Assembly (NCBI GenBank): GCA_964631155.1
Contig: CAZVYO010000011.1
Location: 7,591 to 71,590 of the forward strand
Source: an uncultured Flavobacteriaceae bacterium
Lineage (GTDB): Bacteria; Bacteroidota; Bacteroidia; Flavobacteriales; Flavobacteriaceae
Direction of reading: 5' to 3'
Length of the DNA stretch: 64,000 bases
Positions within the stretch are counted from its first letter, which is position 1. Each line of letters begins with the position of its first letter. The translations under genes were made by a program, and so were the position numbers. Positions 17,136 to 27,933 of the stretch are shown here, piece after piece. Under the pieces are notes generated by a model, which ran no database searches, was not told the origin of the DNA, and saw nothing but the letters and a program-made list of their open reading frames with translations.

Positions 17136-18614
17136 TTAAAGCATCGGTGCCCACAATCTACAAAAGGATTCTTTAAATTTATAAAAATGGGAACGTCTTT
17201 CCCATTCCTGAGGATCTAATTGCACGCAATCTTCTTTATCCCTCTCAAATTTCGCATTCAAATTTTGAGCAACCGCTTCATCGTAAATCAAAGCATTGAT
17301 TTCAAAATTGATATCAAAGCTGCGATAATCCATATTTGAAGTGCCTATAGTCGCAAACTGCCCATCTACGACCATAGTTTTTGCATGTAACATTCCTCTA
17401 CAATACCAAAACACCTTGATACCACAATTCATTATTTCTTCAAAATACGATCGGGACGCATATCGAGCCGCCCAGCTGTCCCCTATTCTCGGAACCATGA
17501 TTTCTATATCTATACCTGATCGAGCGGCGCTTTCAAGAGCGGTTAATATCGCCTGATTAGGAATAAAATAGGGGGTCGTGATGCGTACGCTCTCTTCTGC
17601 GGTATTTATCGCAATGAATATAGCCTCCATAATATTAGCCCAGTCAGAGTCGGGACCGCTCGCAGCAATTTGTACGGGTTTGTTTTCCCATTCATCCACA
17701 TCAGGGAAATAATTCTTGTTGATCATGTCGTCTTCCTCCTCCTCCGTGTGGTCGTGCACAAAGAACCAGTTAAGCATCCACTGCGCTTGAATGCTTTTTA
17801 CCGCATGACCCTCGATACGTAAATGCGTGTCACGCCAGTAGCCATGTTTGTTTTTGCCCAGATCATTGCGGTAGTCATCGCTCACATTGATACCGCCCAG
17901 ATAACCTATATGTCCATCAATGATTATGATCTTGCGGTGATTTCTGTAGTTTGCCTTACGCGTGAAATTTGAAAAAATCACGGGCATAAATGCCTCTACA
18001 TCGATTCCCGCATTTCGCATTTTATTAATGGCTTTCCCAGAAAGGTCACTTCCCACGCTGTCATAAATAAGCTTAACCAGCACATCTCTCTCCCTAGCTG
18101 CGATAAGTTTGTCTATAAATTGGTTTCCAGTAGTATCATCATTAAAAATGAAATACTCTATATGAATATGATGTTTAGCTTGATCAAGGTCATTAAAAAT
18201 TTTCTCAAACGCATTTTCACCATTGTAAATTACCTTGAGATCATTTTTAAGAGTAAGTGGCGAGTCGTCATTGTGCCTAAGCAATTTCACCAGCTTTAAT
18301 CGATCTTTTAAGAAGTCCTCCTCAAATTTCTCCAGCTCTTCATCAGAAAGAAAAAGTTCATCATTCCATTTTGCAATGATCTTATGTGACTCGAGATTCT
18401 TACGTTTAAAAATCTTAGACTTTCTATACTCAAGCCCAAAGAAATAATAAATCAAAAGCCCCACAAATGGAAAGGCAATGAGAAATAGTAGTGATGACAG
18501 GGTCTTGCGCGGGTTCTGGTTGTTACGCAATAAAAAGAAGGCTGCACTTAGAGCAACAATATAATTGACGATAAGCGCCGTAATGAACCAGTGTGTCCAG
18601 ACCCAGTCGATCAT
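17136..18614 (-). CDS. cls: Cardiolipin synthase
   Basis: Two PLD HKD motifs (NHRKIIIIDG, LHAKTMVVDG), N-terminal TM segments. Confidence 0.93.
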   Translation of the reverse strand: MIDWVWTHWFITALIVNYIVALSAAFFLLRNNQNPRKTLSSLLFLIAFPFVGLLIYYFFGLEYRKSKIFKRKNLESHKIIAKWNDELFLSDEELEKFEEDFLKDRLKLVKLLRHNDDSPLTLKNDLKVIYNGENAFEKIFNDLDQAKHHIHIEYFIFNDDTTGNQFIDKLIAARERDVLVKLIYDSVGSDLSGKAINKMRNAGIDVEAFMPVIFSNFTRKANYRNHRKIIIIDGHIGYLGGINVSDDYRNDLGKNKHGYWRDTHLRIEGHAVKSIQAQWMLNWFFVHDHTEEEEDDMINKNYFPDVDEWENKPVQIAASGPDSDWANIMEAIFIAINTAEESVRITTPYFIPNQAILTALESAARSGIDIEIMVPRIGDSWAARYASRSYFEEIMNCGIKVFWYCRGMLHAKTMVVDGQFATIGTSNMDYRSFDINFEINALIYDEAVAQNLNAKFERDKEDCVQLDPQEWERRSHFYKFKESFCRLWAPML

Positions 18615-18615
18615 T

Positions 18616-19557
18616 TTATTTGTAGAATCCCTCTAGCGGGATTTCGATCTCGTAACGTTTTCGTGATTTGTTATTCAAATGAGCCTCCCTCAACCACGGG
18701 TTGTGTATTTTGAGTATTTTGTAGTTGATGTTTCTCGCTTTCGCGAAAGCGGCCAAATCATCGACTTCATAATCCACCACCTCAGTTTTTGTAGGAATAT
18801 TCTGGTACATATGTTCTTCTTCAACATTGAACCCAAAGCTTTCTGGATTACTCAAGATTTCCTTCAACGCAAGAATACGGAACATATAGCGACCTGTTTC
18901 CTGACCTAGTAAAAGATCATAGTAATCACTAACCTGCTGGCGTTCCAGCTGGCGGTCTATTCCAGCATTACCCGCATTATAGGCCGCTGCTGCCAGAGTC
19001 CAGGAACCAAATTTCTCCTTACTCTCCTTCAAATATTTACAAGCCGCTCTAGTCGCCATCTCAAGGTGATAGCGCTCATCTACATTGTCATTGACCTCAA
19101 GTCCCAGCTCTTTACCCGTATCCTTCATAATTTGCCAGAAACCTCTTGCTCCCGCTGGAGATACTACGTTTTGCAACCCGCTCTCTATAACGGCGAGGTA
19201 TTTGAAATCATTTGGAACGCCCTCTTCTTTGAGAATGGGCTCGATTATCGGAAAATATTTCTTACTGCGTTTTATAAGCAGAATCCCATTGGACTGCCAG
19301 TAAGTATTGACCAAAAATTCACGATCTGCTCGCTCCAGTATATCCGGATCTTCCAGCGGTACTTTTTCACCTGCAAAATCAAGATCCTGCGGTATTTTGT
19401 AACTATAGACATTATAATCTTTTACCCGTCCTTTTTCAGGATCCGGGTTTATCGTGGTTGCTGCTTCTGTTATAGTCGCGCTGTTACTCATCTGTAAGGC
19501 ACCAGCACTCACGATTGCCACTACGGCAACCCCCATTCCTATCAGTATTTTTCTCAT
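18616..19557 (-). CDS. Lytic transglycosylase (SLT domain)
   Basis: YLAVIESG, SPAGARGFWQIM, LAAAAYNAG, ETGRY. Confidence 0.9.
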   Translation of the reverse strand: MRKILIGMGVAVVAIVSAGALQMSNSATITEAATTINPDPEKGRVKDYNVYSYKIPQDLDFAGEKVPLEDPDILERADREFLVNTYWQSNGILLIKRSKKYFPIIEPILKEEGVPNDFKYLAVIESGLQNVVSPAGARGFWQIMKDTGKELGLEVNDNVDERYHLEMATRAACKYLKESKEKFGSWTLAAAAYNAGNAGIDRQLERQQVSDYYDLLLGQETGRYMFRILALKEILSNPESFGFNVEEEHMYQNIPTKTEVVDYEVDDLAAFAKARNINYKILKIHNPWLREAHLNNKSRKRYEIEIPLEGFYK

Positions 19558-19695
19558 GTGCTTTATTTTGTATAAAAATAGTGAAGGTAAGAGAAGTGGA
19601 TACTTGTTTAACGTTTAGTTGTCAACGTTTACCAAACTTAAATTGTTGATACGTCAAACAGAGCATATCCTACATCAGATAAGTAGCGGAATCAA

Positions 19696-19721
19696 AAAAG
19701 GCTCCCGATTAGGAGCCTTTT
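19696..19721 (-). terminator. Intrinsic terminator
   Basis: AAAAGGCTCC-CGATTA-GGAGCCTTTT. Confidence 0.75.
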
Positions 19722-19743
19722 AAATATCTAGTGGATGTTCACT

Positions 19744-20079
19744 CTAGTTATAAACATCTTCTTTGCCGTGGTGCTTGCAAAGCATGTAATAAACAATCGC
19801 ACGGTACTTTGCACGCTCACTCTTACCATACTTTTCAATTACTGCCTCAACTGAAGAGAGAAGATCGTCCCCTTCCAGTCCTAATTTTTTCTTGAGATAG
19901 TTTTGCACTACGCGCTCCATTTCAGACTTTTCAGCGCTAACGGTTTCTGCGTCCCTATTATATATCGATGGACCCAGTCCTTTAGTCACTTTTCTCAATA
20001 GGCCTACGTCTAGATCGTCCCCTATCTTGGTTTTGTAGGCATCGATATACTTACCTACTTTCTCTTCAAATTTACTCAT
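19744..20079 (-). CDS. DUF2853 family protein
   Basis: LLRKVTKGLGPSIYNRDAETVS...NYLKKKLGL...KYRAIVYYML. Confidence 0.8.
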   Translation of the reverse strand: MSKFEEKVGKYIDAYKTKIGDDLDVGLLRKVTKGLGPSIYNRDAETVSAEKSEMERVVQNYLKKKLGLEGDDLLSSVEAVIEKYGKSERAKYRAIVYYMLCKHHGKEDVYN

Positions 20080-20139
20080 AGTGCGATTATTTTTATGATT
20101 AGATCGCCCAAGTTAATACAATAATCTCCGTTCTTAAAA

Positions 20140-21810
20140 TTATTTTAAAAATTTAAAATAATCCAATAAAATTCTATCGTTCAAAGGCCCTGGGGTGAAT
20201 ATTTCCAAAATTTGTGGTGCCGTATTATCCTGCAGGAATTCTTGTAACGCTTTCGCGAAAGCGGACTCCTCACGTACCTCTCGATAGCCAAAACCAAACA
20301 TCTTGCTCAAGTGCACCGCCGTAAGCTGGTGTTGCGTCTCAAAATAGGTGTCAAAAACATCGGTATCCTGATGCCCAGGTAAAATCCTAAAAATTCCACC
20401 ACCAGAGTTATTAATCAAGATGATTTTAAAGTCATCAGGCAAATAATTATTCCACAGCCCATTAGAATCGTAAAAAAAGCTTATGTCTCCCGTCACAAAA
20501 ACCACCTGCCGGCCAGCAACCATGGCACAACCTGCTGCCGTACTTGTAGAACCGTCTATACCGCTCGTCCCTCTATTACTGTAAATATCGTGAGACTCGT
20601 TCATCTTGAATAATTGTGCGTAACGTATGGTACTGCTGTTACCCAATTGCAAAACAATGTTATCAGGCAGCGCCTTGAATAATTGCGAGAAAACTTTAAA
20701 ATCAGACCACGGAATTTGCTCTAGGTATTCCATTTTCTTTTGCATGCAACTCTGGAAATGCTGCAGCCATGATTCCTGATAATCGCTTGTGTTGTTAGGT
20801 TCTGGAAGCTGATCAATCCAAATCGACGGATGCACTTTGTAAGAGTTCTTCAAGCAGAAAAAAGTATCGGTTGCTCGCCAAGGACCGAGATGATAATGTT
20901 TCAGACCTTCTATTGCTCTGAGCTGCTGCTTGATCTTTTTTGAGACAATCATACCACCTATGCTCAAAACGAGCTCAGGACGCCACCTTTCAAGCATGTT
21001 CTCATTTTTCTCTATGGGCGCAATAAGAGAATCTATTCCCCAGATTACCCGGTCGTGAACGAGGTTACCGCTCACCTCCGTCATGATGAGTACGGTGGGG
21101 TCCTTTATAAGAGCCTCTACTTGCTCCTTTGTAATATCATCAGGATCTGCGGTAGAAATCAATACCAGCTTGCGGTTTGCTTTAGACCAGGCTTCATTCA
21201 AATCTGAAAAATCCGGACTAGATTGCTCAAGTTCATGTTCTGGAGTCAGATAACTCACTTGAGCTCGATCAACCATGTTATACAGCGGTTCCTCAAATGG
21301 AACGTTTAAGTGAACAGGCCCTTGTTCTTGCTTACATTTTCTTACGGATTCAGAAATGATCTGCTGGTTGTTCCTTAAGGCTTTCACATCGGTTATGTCA
21401 ACAACCATATTGAGGGTCGCTTCATAGAGTATATGGTCTCTGTAGACATTTCGCTGTCTAATGGTTTGCCCGTCTCCTATATCTACTTTGTGTGGCGGTC
21501 GATCTGCACTTAGTATAATAAGAGGTATCTCGCTATAATATGCCTCTGCAACCGCTGGATAGTAATTGAGCAAAGCACTACCACTAGTACATAATACCGC
21601 CACAGGCTCTCTGAGTCTCTGGGCCATTCCCAGCGCAACATGGGCGGCACAACGCTCATCTACTATGCTGTAACACTTGAAAAATGGATTATGATTAAAA
21701 CCTAGTGTAAGTGGTGCATTTCTAGAACCAGGAGAGATCACAACATGTCTGACAGAAAGCTTTTCTAGACCTAGGACTATTTGTTGTGCGTGAAGTATAC
21801 TGCTATGCAT
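20140..21810 (-). CDS. menD: SEPHCHC synthase
   Basis: VVISPGSRNAPL, DERCAAHVALG, CTSGSALLNYYPAVAEA, SNRGTSGIDGS, GDISFFYDSN. Confidence 0.95.
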   Translation of the reverse strand: MHSSILHAQQIVLGLEKLSVRHVVISPGSRNAPLTLGFNHNPFFKCYSIVDERCAAHVALGMAQRLREPVAVLCTSGSALLNYYPAVAEAYYSEIPLIILSADRPPHKVDIGDGQTIRQRNVYRDHILYEATLNMVVDITDVKALRNNQQIISESVRKCKQEQGPVHLNVPFEEPLYNMVDRAQVSYLTPEHELEQSSPDFSDLNEAWSKANRKLVLISTADPDDITKEQVEALIKDPTVLIMTEVSGNLVHDRVIWGIDSLIAPIEKNENMLERWRPELVLSIGGMIVSKKIKQQLRAIEGLKHYHLGPWRATDTFFCLKNSYKVHPSIWIDQLPEPNNTSDYQESWLQHFQSCMQKKMEYLEQIPWSDFKVFSQLFKALPDNIVLQLGNSSTIRYAQLFKMNESHDIYSNRGTSGIDGSTSTAAGCAMVAGRQVVFVTGDISFFYDSNGLWNNYLPDDFKIILINNSGGGIFRILPGHQDTDVFDTYFETQHQLTAVHLSKMFGFGYREVREESAFAKALQEFLQDNTAPQILEIFTPGPLNDRILLDYFKFLK

Positions 21811-22230
21811 ATTTGACAAAAATAATGAGCAACACTATTATGGTCGGCTAATTAACAGCAACTTATCAGCATCGATTAAGAAATGATAAATCCGACTAAC
21901 CACATGATTTCTATTAAAAATGAGCTGTTCAGGAATTAATTGACAAAAATTTGAAGGAATTGTTTTGTTTTAAATATTTCTTACGATATTTAGACAACCA
22001 ATTAATAAAAGCACATGATTCTAATAAAATACCTTGTTTACTACTTGTTTATAGGTCTATATGAATCAGGTATTTTCATAACTAAATTATTATCAGCCTC
22101 TTACGCGTTTTTATTACGGCTCAACACCATTAAGCCTGCCACTAACAATCAGAAACTCGTTCTGCGCACTACCCTACTCAGAACTGCATTTAGGAGTATA
22201 TTGTAACTCGCTAAGCTTTTTGTTTTGAAA

Positions 22231-23277
22231 TTAGAAAAGGCGCATCATCGCTTCCATTTTGTTTTCTGTCTCCTGAAATTCAAGTTCTGCATCGCTTTGT
22301 AGAGTAATGCCTCCACCTGCATAGACCGTCGCATATCCTTCATGGAGCTCCATACATCTCAAGTTCACATAATAATCGCTTTGCTCAGGAGAGACAATCC
22401 CAAAGTAACCAGTATAAAAAGATCTTGAGTAATTCTCGTGTTGCAAAATGAAATCTCGTGCAGCATTTTTAGGCAATCCGCATACTGCTGGTGTAGGATG
22501 CAAATCACCTAAAATTCGACTGATTTGCTCCTGTTTTGCTGCCGCATAGATCTCAGTTTTTAAGTGTATCAAATCTCCAGATCGTACCGTTTTGGGACCA
22601 TCGATTTGAATGTTTTCAATTGCGTGAGATTTCAAAATCGAGACTATGGAATCTGTCACAATTTGTTGTTCATGACGTTCTTTCTCTCCCCAAACGTGAT
22701 TGTTTTTTGCATTAAAAAGAGCCGTACCTGCAAGCGCCACCGTCTGTAACATTTTTCCCGAGTAGGTTAACAAAACTTCAGGAGTTGACCCGCACCACGT
22801 CCCCAGTTTAGGATGATGGAAAAAGTAGGTATGATTGTCAGGATATGCTCTGAAAAGTCGGTCAGCAATTTGTGGATATGATAATGTCGTTTGAATATCT
22901 CGCTTTCGCGAAAGCACCACCTTTTCCATGTCACCAGAGGCTATCGCCGCGATACCTTTTTTGACTAGATTCATGTGATTTAACCGATCAGTTGGACTAA
23001 CTTCATCATAGGAATGTTGCGTAAATTCTTCAAGATCACCGTCGAATTCATAAGTAAACTCATCATAAACTTCACCGTATATAAAATACTGGACTTCAGT
23101 ATTATTAAATTTTGAAAAACAGCAACAAGTCAAAGTGTCATGTTGTTTTTTATGAAGATTTATGTCTTTCTGCTGAAGTATTTGAACAGTTGTGGAGCCT
23201 CCTTTTCTAATTATAAAAAACGGCAGGTTAGTGTCCATCAATTTATGAATGCGCTCTTGAAAATTTCTAGTCTGCAT
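22231..23277 (-). CDS. menF: Isochorismate synthase
   Basis: KVVLSR, GSTPEVL, KERHEQ, LHPTPAVCGLP, RSFYTGYFG, YAGGGIT..SD..E..ETENK; next to menD. Confidence 0.88.
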   Translation of the reverse strand: MQTRNFQERIHKLMDTNLPFFIIRKGGSTTVQILQQKDINLHKKQHDTLTCCCFSKFNNTEVQYFIYGEVYDEFTYEFDGDLEEFTQHSYDEVSPTDRLNHMNLVKKGIAAIASGDMEKVVLSRKRDIQTTLSYPQIADRLFRAYPDNHTYFFHHPKLGTWCGSTPEVLLTYSGKMLQTVALAGTALFNAKNNHVWGEKERHEQQIVTDSIVSILKSHAIENIQIDGPKTVRSGDLIHLKTEIYAAAKQEQISRILGDLHPTPAVCGLPKNAARDFILQHENYSRSFYTGYFGIVSPEQSDYYVNLRCMELHEGYATVYAGGGITLQSDAELEFQETENKMEAMMRLF

Positions 23278-23334
23278 AGCGAGAACTAAGTGATAAATCT
23301 ATAGTAAATTATGTTGAGGGGAAACCTCCACCCT

Positions 23335-23766
23335 TTAGGCTGTTTTGGTTGAATCCTTCTCCAGGCAGATTGTTGTAAGCTTACAGATAGAAATTAGTCG
23401 ATCTTTCCCGTCTTTGATCTTGATTTCCCAGAGCTGAGTCGTCCTCCCTTTGTGTAAAAATCGAGCGGTAGCGTACACAAAACCATCCTGAACAGAACGT
23501 GTGTGATTGGCACTAATCTCAAGTCCACGGACAATAAACTTTTCCGTGTCGAGAAAAAGATAGCTAGCTGCGCTCCCTACAGATTCTGCAAGCGCAACGC
23601 TTGCTCCACCGTGTAAAACACCATCGGGTTGATGTACTTTGGAGGTGACGGGCATCCTGGCAGTAAGATAGTCCTCCCCTACATCGACATACTCAATATC
23701 GAGGGTTTCCATAAGGGTATTCTTACTTATTTGGTTACAGGTATCGAGAATGGTTTTAGAGTCCAT
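23335..23766 (-). CDS. menI: PaaI/hotdog thioesterase (DHNA-CoA thioesterase-like)
   Basis: VHQPDGVLHGGASVALAES, GLEISANH, GRTTQLWEI; men gene context. Confidence 0.8.
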   Translation of the reverse strand: MDSKTILDTCNQISKNTLMETLDIEYVDVGEDYLTARMPVTSKVHQPDGVLHGGASVALAESVGSAASYLFLDTEKFIVRGLEISANHTRSVQDGFVYATARFLHKGRTTQLWEIKIKDGKDRLISICKLTTICLEKDSTKTA

Positions 23767-23801
23767 ATCTTTACTTCTTTTAAATGTAAAGGTCGGCAAG
23801 A

Positions 23802-24452
23802 ATGGTTAGAACCGTCAGTTATTCCCACACAAATTCATATGAAACGGTCAATGAATTAACGGATAACACAAAAAACATCTGGCTATGTTTTCATGGTTTG
23901 GGTTATCTCGCGACTTATTTCAAGAGGTATTTCCAGACTTTAAATAGAGGCGAGAATTACATAATCGTTCCTCAAGCACCTTCTAAATACTATCTAGGAA
24001 AGGACTTCAAACACGTAGGTGCCAGCTGGCTGACTCGCGTGGATACTCAGCAAGAAATGGAAAACAACCTTAACTATATAAAAGCCGTACTTGAAGCTGA
24101 GAATATTATGGGCGATGAACGTCTTGTTTTATTTGGGTATTCACAAGGCGTTTCTATTGCTACCCGTTTCCTAAAAAACTATGATAATCGTATTAAGGCG
24201 TTAATCCTACACAGCGGTGGGGTTCCTAAAGAACTGACTGCGCAAGATGGAGATGATTTTCAATCGCTATGCAACAACTTCTACCACATCATGGGTACGA
24301 AGGATGAATATGCGACTCCGGAACGTAGAAAAGAGGAACTACCTCGATTAGAAATGCTTTTTGGTACAGATTGTGAAATGCTGGAACCTGAAATCAAGCA
24401 TGAGGTTCACATTCCCTCACTAGAAAAAATTGCTATTCAACTAAGCTCATGA
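23802..24452 (+). CDS. Alpha/beta hydrolase (esterase)
   Basis: FHGLG, nucleophile elbow GYSQG, D...H catalytic positions. Confidence 0.8.
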   Translation: MVRTVSYSHTNSYETVNELTDNTKNIWLCFHGLGYLATYFKRYFQTLNRGENYIIVPQAPSKYYLGKDFKHVGASWLTRVDTQQEMENNLNYIKAVLEAENIMGDERLVLFGYSQGVSIATRFLKNYDNRIKALILHSGGVPKELTAQDGDDFQSLCNNFYHIMGTKDEYATPERRKEELPRLEMLFGTDCEMLEPEIKHEVHIPSLEKIAIQLSS

Positions 24453-25036
24453 AAATAGTATTTGCCACCCACAACCGTAACAAGCTGGAAGAAATCCAGC
24501 AAATGGTTCCAGAAAATATAGAACTTGTCAGTCTAGATGATTTAGGCCTAGACGAGGAAATTCCAGAAACAGCCGATACCATCGCTGGAAATGCCATCCA
24601 GAAAGTGGAGTTCTTAAAATTACGAACCGATCTGCCCATTTTTGCAGATGATACAGGTTTGCTGGTAAACGCTCTGGATGGTGAACCAGGTGTTCACACC
24701 GCTAGATATGCTGGTGAGAAGAAAGACAGCAATGACAATATGAGGTTGCTCTTGAACAATCTAGAACCCTTTAATGATCGCAGCGCGAGATTTGTTACCG
24801 CCATAGCTCTAGAAATAGACGGCTGTCAAAACCTTTTTGAGGGAGTTTGCGAGGGTACTATCGTAAACAAACAACAAGGAACTCAGGGATTTGGCTATGA
24901 CCCTATTTTTCAGCCTGAGGGCTATGATATCACCTTTGCAGAAATGAGTATGCTGGAGAAAAGTAAAATAAGTCACCGTGCCAAGGCGTTTAAAAAACTC
25001 GTTGCTTATTTGAGCGAAGAAGTTAATAAGTCTTAA
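24449..25036 (+). CDS. rdgB: Non-canonical purine NTP pyrophosphatase (Ham1/RdgB)
   Basis: ATHNRNKLEE, ADDTGL, GEPGVHTARYA, FGYDPIF, KISHRAKA. Confidence 0.93.
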   Translation: MKIVFATHNRNKLEEIQQMVPENIELVSLDDLGLDEEIPETADTIAGNAIQKVEFLKLRTDLPIFADDTGLLVNALDGEPGVHTARYAGEKKDSNDNMRLLLNNLEPFNDRSARFVTAIALEIDGCQNLFEGVCEGTIVNKQQGTQGFGYDPIFQPEGYDITFAEMSMLEKSKISHRAKAFKKLVAYLSEEVNKS

Positions 25037-25081
25037 CAGAATTATTAATACCCGTTCCCGCGACGTATTTTAGCAGCATCA

Positions 25082-25864
25082 ATGAAATACTACTTTATTC
25101 TTTTATTGACTTGTCTTGTTTCAAGTCAGCTTGCTTTATCTCAAGAACCTGAAAATAACGGTACACAAAAGTCCATGGTTAGAGGCCAAGTCCTTAACGC
25201 CAAAAACAATCAAGAGCTTGATAATGTAAACATCGTCAATCTTAATCAGGTGAAAGGTACGATCACGACACCAGAAGGAAAATTTGAAATTCCCGCCAAG
25301 GTAAATGACACCTTGTTCTTCTCTTATTTGGGATTTGAAACGATTAACGTACGTGTAACCGAAGACTGGCTTAAATATGGCGACGTTACGATCTCCATGA
25401 CAGAGAAGGGCATCGCGCTCGAGGAAGTCGTGGTCAAGGAAACCACACTCACGGGCTATCTGGAAATAGACGCAAAAAGAGCACCTATTTACAATACCAG
25501 ACGCTATAGCATTAATGGTTTGAACACAGCTTATGAAGCCGGTGATCAGGAGCCGGGAGCGGTGACCAAGGTTTTTAATTCCATCTTCAATCCAGCCGAT
25601 TTCCTTTATGGAGTTTTTAGTCGCAAAGGAAGTGAAATGCGTAAACTGCGGCAGATTAAAAAGGAAGACGAAATACGCAACTTGCTACAAAGTAAATTTG
25701 ACCGGGAGACGCTCGTAAGTTTATTGGGAATGGAAAAGGCGAGCATTGATCGTATTTTGACCAACTGTCAGTATTCTAAAAAATTCATAGAAGAAGCAAA
25801 CGATCTTCAGATTCTTGATGCTATGAGTGAATGTTACGAGGAGTATAAAGTTCTAAAAAAGTAA
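25082..25864 (+). CDS. Exported protein with carboxypeptidase-regulatory-like domain
   Basis: Signal peptide; GTIT..EGKFEI.AKVNDTLFFSYLGFET; LEEVVV. Confidence 0.75.
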   Translation: MKYYFILLLTCLVSSQLALSQEPENNGTQKSMVRGQVLNAKNNQELDNVNIVNLNQVKGTITTPEGKFEIPAKVNDTLFFSYLGFETINVRVTEDWLKYGDVTISMTEKGIALEEVVVKETTLTGYLEIDAKRAPIYNTRRYSINGLNTAYEAGDQEPGAVTKVFNSIFNPADFLYGVFSRKGSEMRKLRQIKKEDEIRNLLQSKFDRETLVSLLGMEKASIDRILTNCQYSKKFIEEANDLQILDAMSECYEEYKVLKK

Positions 25865-25868
25865 ATCC

Positions 25869-26888
25869 ATGAAATATCTAGTTCTAGCCAGCTTGGCTTT
25901 GAGCCTTGCCACTTCTTGTGGTTCCAAAAAAGAAAATGCCAAGAAAAATATAGCAGACGCTCCAGTTACCAGCTATGCAGAATCCATTACGGTAGATGAG
26001 TTGAAAGAACAACTCTATTACTACGCTAGTGATGAAATGGAAGGTCGTTATACCGGTGAGCCGGGTCAAAAGAGAGCGGTTGAGTATTTGAAATCCCAAT
26101 ACGAGAAAATGGGAGTTTCTGGCGGGATGACTGATGGAAGCTATTTCCAGACCATTCCAGAATCTTATTTTAAGCGTATTGAAAACGATTCAGAGAATGT
26201 GCTTGCTTTTATCAAAGGTTCTGAAATGCCAGAGGAGGTACTCGTACTCTCTGCGCACCTTGATCACGTAGGTATGGAAGATGGCCAAGTATTCAACGGC
26301 GCAGATGATGATGGTAGTGGCACCATCGCTCTTCTAGAAATCGCTGAGGCCTTTAAGAAAGCAAAAGAAGAAGGCTATGGACCTAAAAGAAGTTTACTCT
26401 TTCTTCATGTAACTGCTGAAGAGATAGGATTGCACGGCAGTCGCTATTATTCAGAAAATCCGGTTTATCCGCTAGAAAACACCATCGCTAACCTGAACAT
26501 CGATATGATCGGTCGTGTGGATCCTAGGTTGAAAGACGATCCTAACTATGTGTATTTGATCGGTAGTGATATGCTCTCTCAAGATCTTCACGACATGTCC
26601 GAGATGGCACATAAGAAGTATAACAGTCCCTTGAAGTTGGATTACAAATACAACGGTAAAGAAGATCCCAACCGTTTTTACTACCGTAGCGATCACTTCA
26701 ATTTTGCTAAAAATAATGTACCTGTAATCTTCTATTTCAATGGGACTCATGAAGATTACCACAGACCGACAGATACTCCTGATAAAATTGAATACGAACT
26801 CTACCAAGATCGCATTCAATTGATCTTTTATACCGCTTGGGAATTAGCAAACGCTGAGAAAAGACCAGCACTGACGGTTACGGATTAA
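25869..26888 (+). CDS. M28 family metallopeptidase lipoprotein
   Basis: SAHLDH, NGADDDGSG, AEEIGLHGS, NIDMIGR, YRSDH, YHRPTD. Confidence 0.9.
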   Translation: MKYLVLASLALSLATSCGSKKENAKKNIADAPVTSYAESITVDELKEQLYYYASDEMEGRYTGEPGQKRAVEYLKSQYEKMGVSGGMTDGSYFQTIPESYFKRIENDSENVLAFIKGSEMPEEVLVLSAHLDHVGMEDGQVFNGADDDGSGTIALLEIAEAFKKAKEEGYGPKRSLLFLHVTAEEIGLHGSRYYSENPVYPLENTIANLNIDMIGRVDPRLKDDPNYVYLIGSDMLSQDLHDMSEMAHKKYNSPLKLDYKYNGKEDPNRFYYRSDHFNFAKNNVPVIFYFNGTHEDYHRPTDTPDKIEYELYQDRIQLIFYTAWELANAEKRPALTVTD

Positions 26889-26910
26889 AAATCTAGCAAT
26901 TTTAGAATTG

Positions 26911-26937
26911 AGGCAGTCTTTGGGCTGCCTTTTTTTT
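26911..26937 (+). terminator. Intrinsic terminator
   Basis: AGGCAGTC-TTTG-GGCTGCCT followed by a T run. Confidence 0.8.
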
Positions 26938-27115
26938 CAAAATCTGAGCGGATTTTTTCTTCTTAACCATGGAGATATTTGCTCTAAACTTTTGAGGTTA
27001 TATTTACTTCATTGGTCCTGGAGTGCAACTCCGCGCCACGGGTGAGAGCAAATATGTACTATATCAAGCTAGTAATTTGAATGGATTTTTATTTGATTTG
27101 ATTAGGATTTTAGAA

Positions 27116-27889
27116 ATGAGAAATAGAGTTTGTTCGTCGTTATGCTATTTGTTAATTCTAAGTTGTGGAAATGGTGATTCAGAACCTGTCAAAACTCAAT
27201 ATTACGAAAGCGGAAACATTAAGACGAAAACCTTTCTTTTTTCCGATAAGAATACTAGGGTTCAAAAGTTTTATGATGATGATAATAACAAAACTGAGAT
27301 TGAGATTGAGATTCTTAACGACTCAGTCAATTATTTGAAATTTTATGATGAGGAAGAAAAACTGGTTCGTGAAGGAAAAGCTGTGAATGAGTTGCCATTT
27401 GGTATATGGAAAGACTATGAAAATTCCAGACTGAATAAAATTACGGAATATATATCCTTGAATAAAAAACTATATGATAACCAACGATGGGTTTTAAACA
27501 ATACTGGAGATACTATAGGTGGATATCATTTTGAAGTTCAATATGATAGCATTTCAAAGGTTGAACAGCCTGCTAGATTTCATTTCTTCTTGAAAAGGCC
27601 CTTCTTTAAAGATAGCAATCGTGTTTATCTTATACATCCTAAAAAAACCTTTCACCTTAAACGAGATTTTTCCAATAGGAAGGTTGCTGATATGGATACC
27701 ATTTTTAGTATAGGTACAAAACATCAGTATCACGAAGAATTGAGGAATCTCACTCATGATGTAGTGATAGATGTTTTTACTCAAGACAAAGTTCCAGGTA
27801 CGTTTAGGTTTCGTGGAGTGCTAGTTGAAGAAGATAGCAAAAGAAAGACTAGAGATTATTATTTTGATCTAGGATACACAAAAGAGTAA
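27116..27889 (+). CDS. Hypothetical lipoprotein (MORN-variant-like YYESGNIK segment)
   Basis: Long AT-rich ORF with lipobox-like LILSC. Confidence 0.55.
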   Translation: MRNRVCSSLCYLLILSCGNGDSEPVKTQYYESGNIKTKTFLFSDKNTRVQKFYDDDNNKTEIEIEILNDSVNYLKFYDEEEKLVREGKAVNELPFGIWKDYENSRLNKITEYISLNKKLYDNQRWVLNNTGDTIGGYHFEVQYDSISKVEQPARFHFFLKRPFFKDSNRVYLIHPKKTFHLKRDFSNRKVADMDTIFSIGTKHQYHEELRNLTHDVVIDVFTQDKVPGTFRFRGVLVEEDSKRKTRDYYFDLGYTKE

Positions 27890-27933
27890 GACCTTTGATC
27901 CATGTGCCTTTCAGCCTAACTATAAAGCTTAAA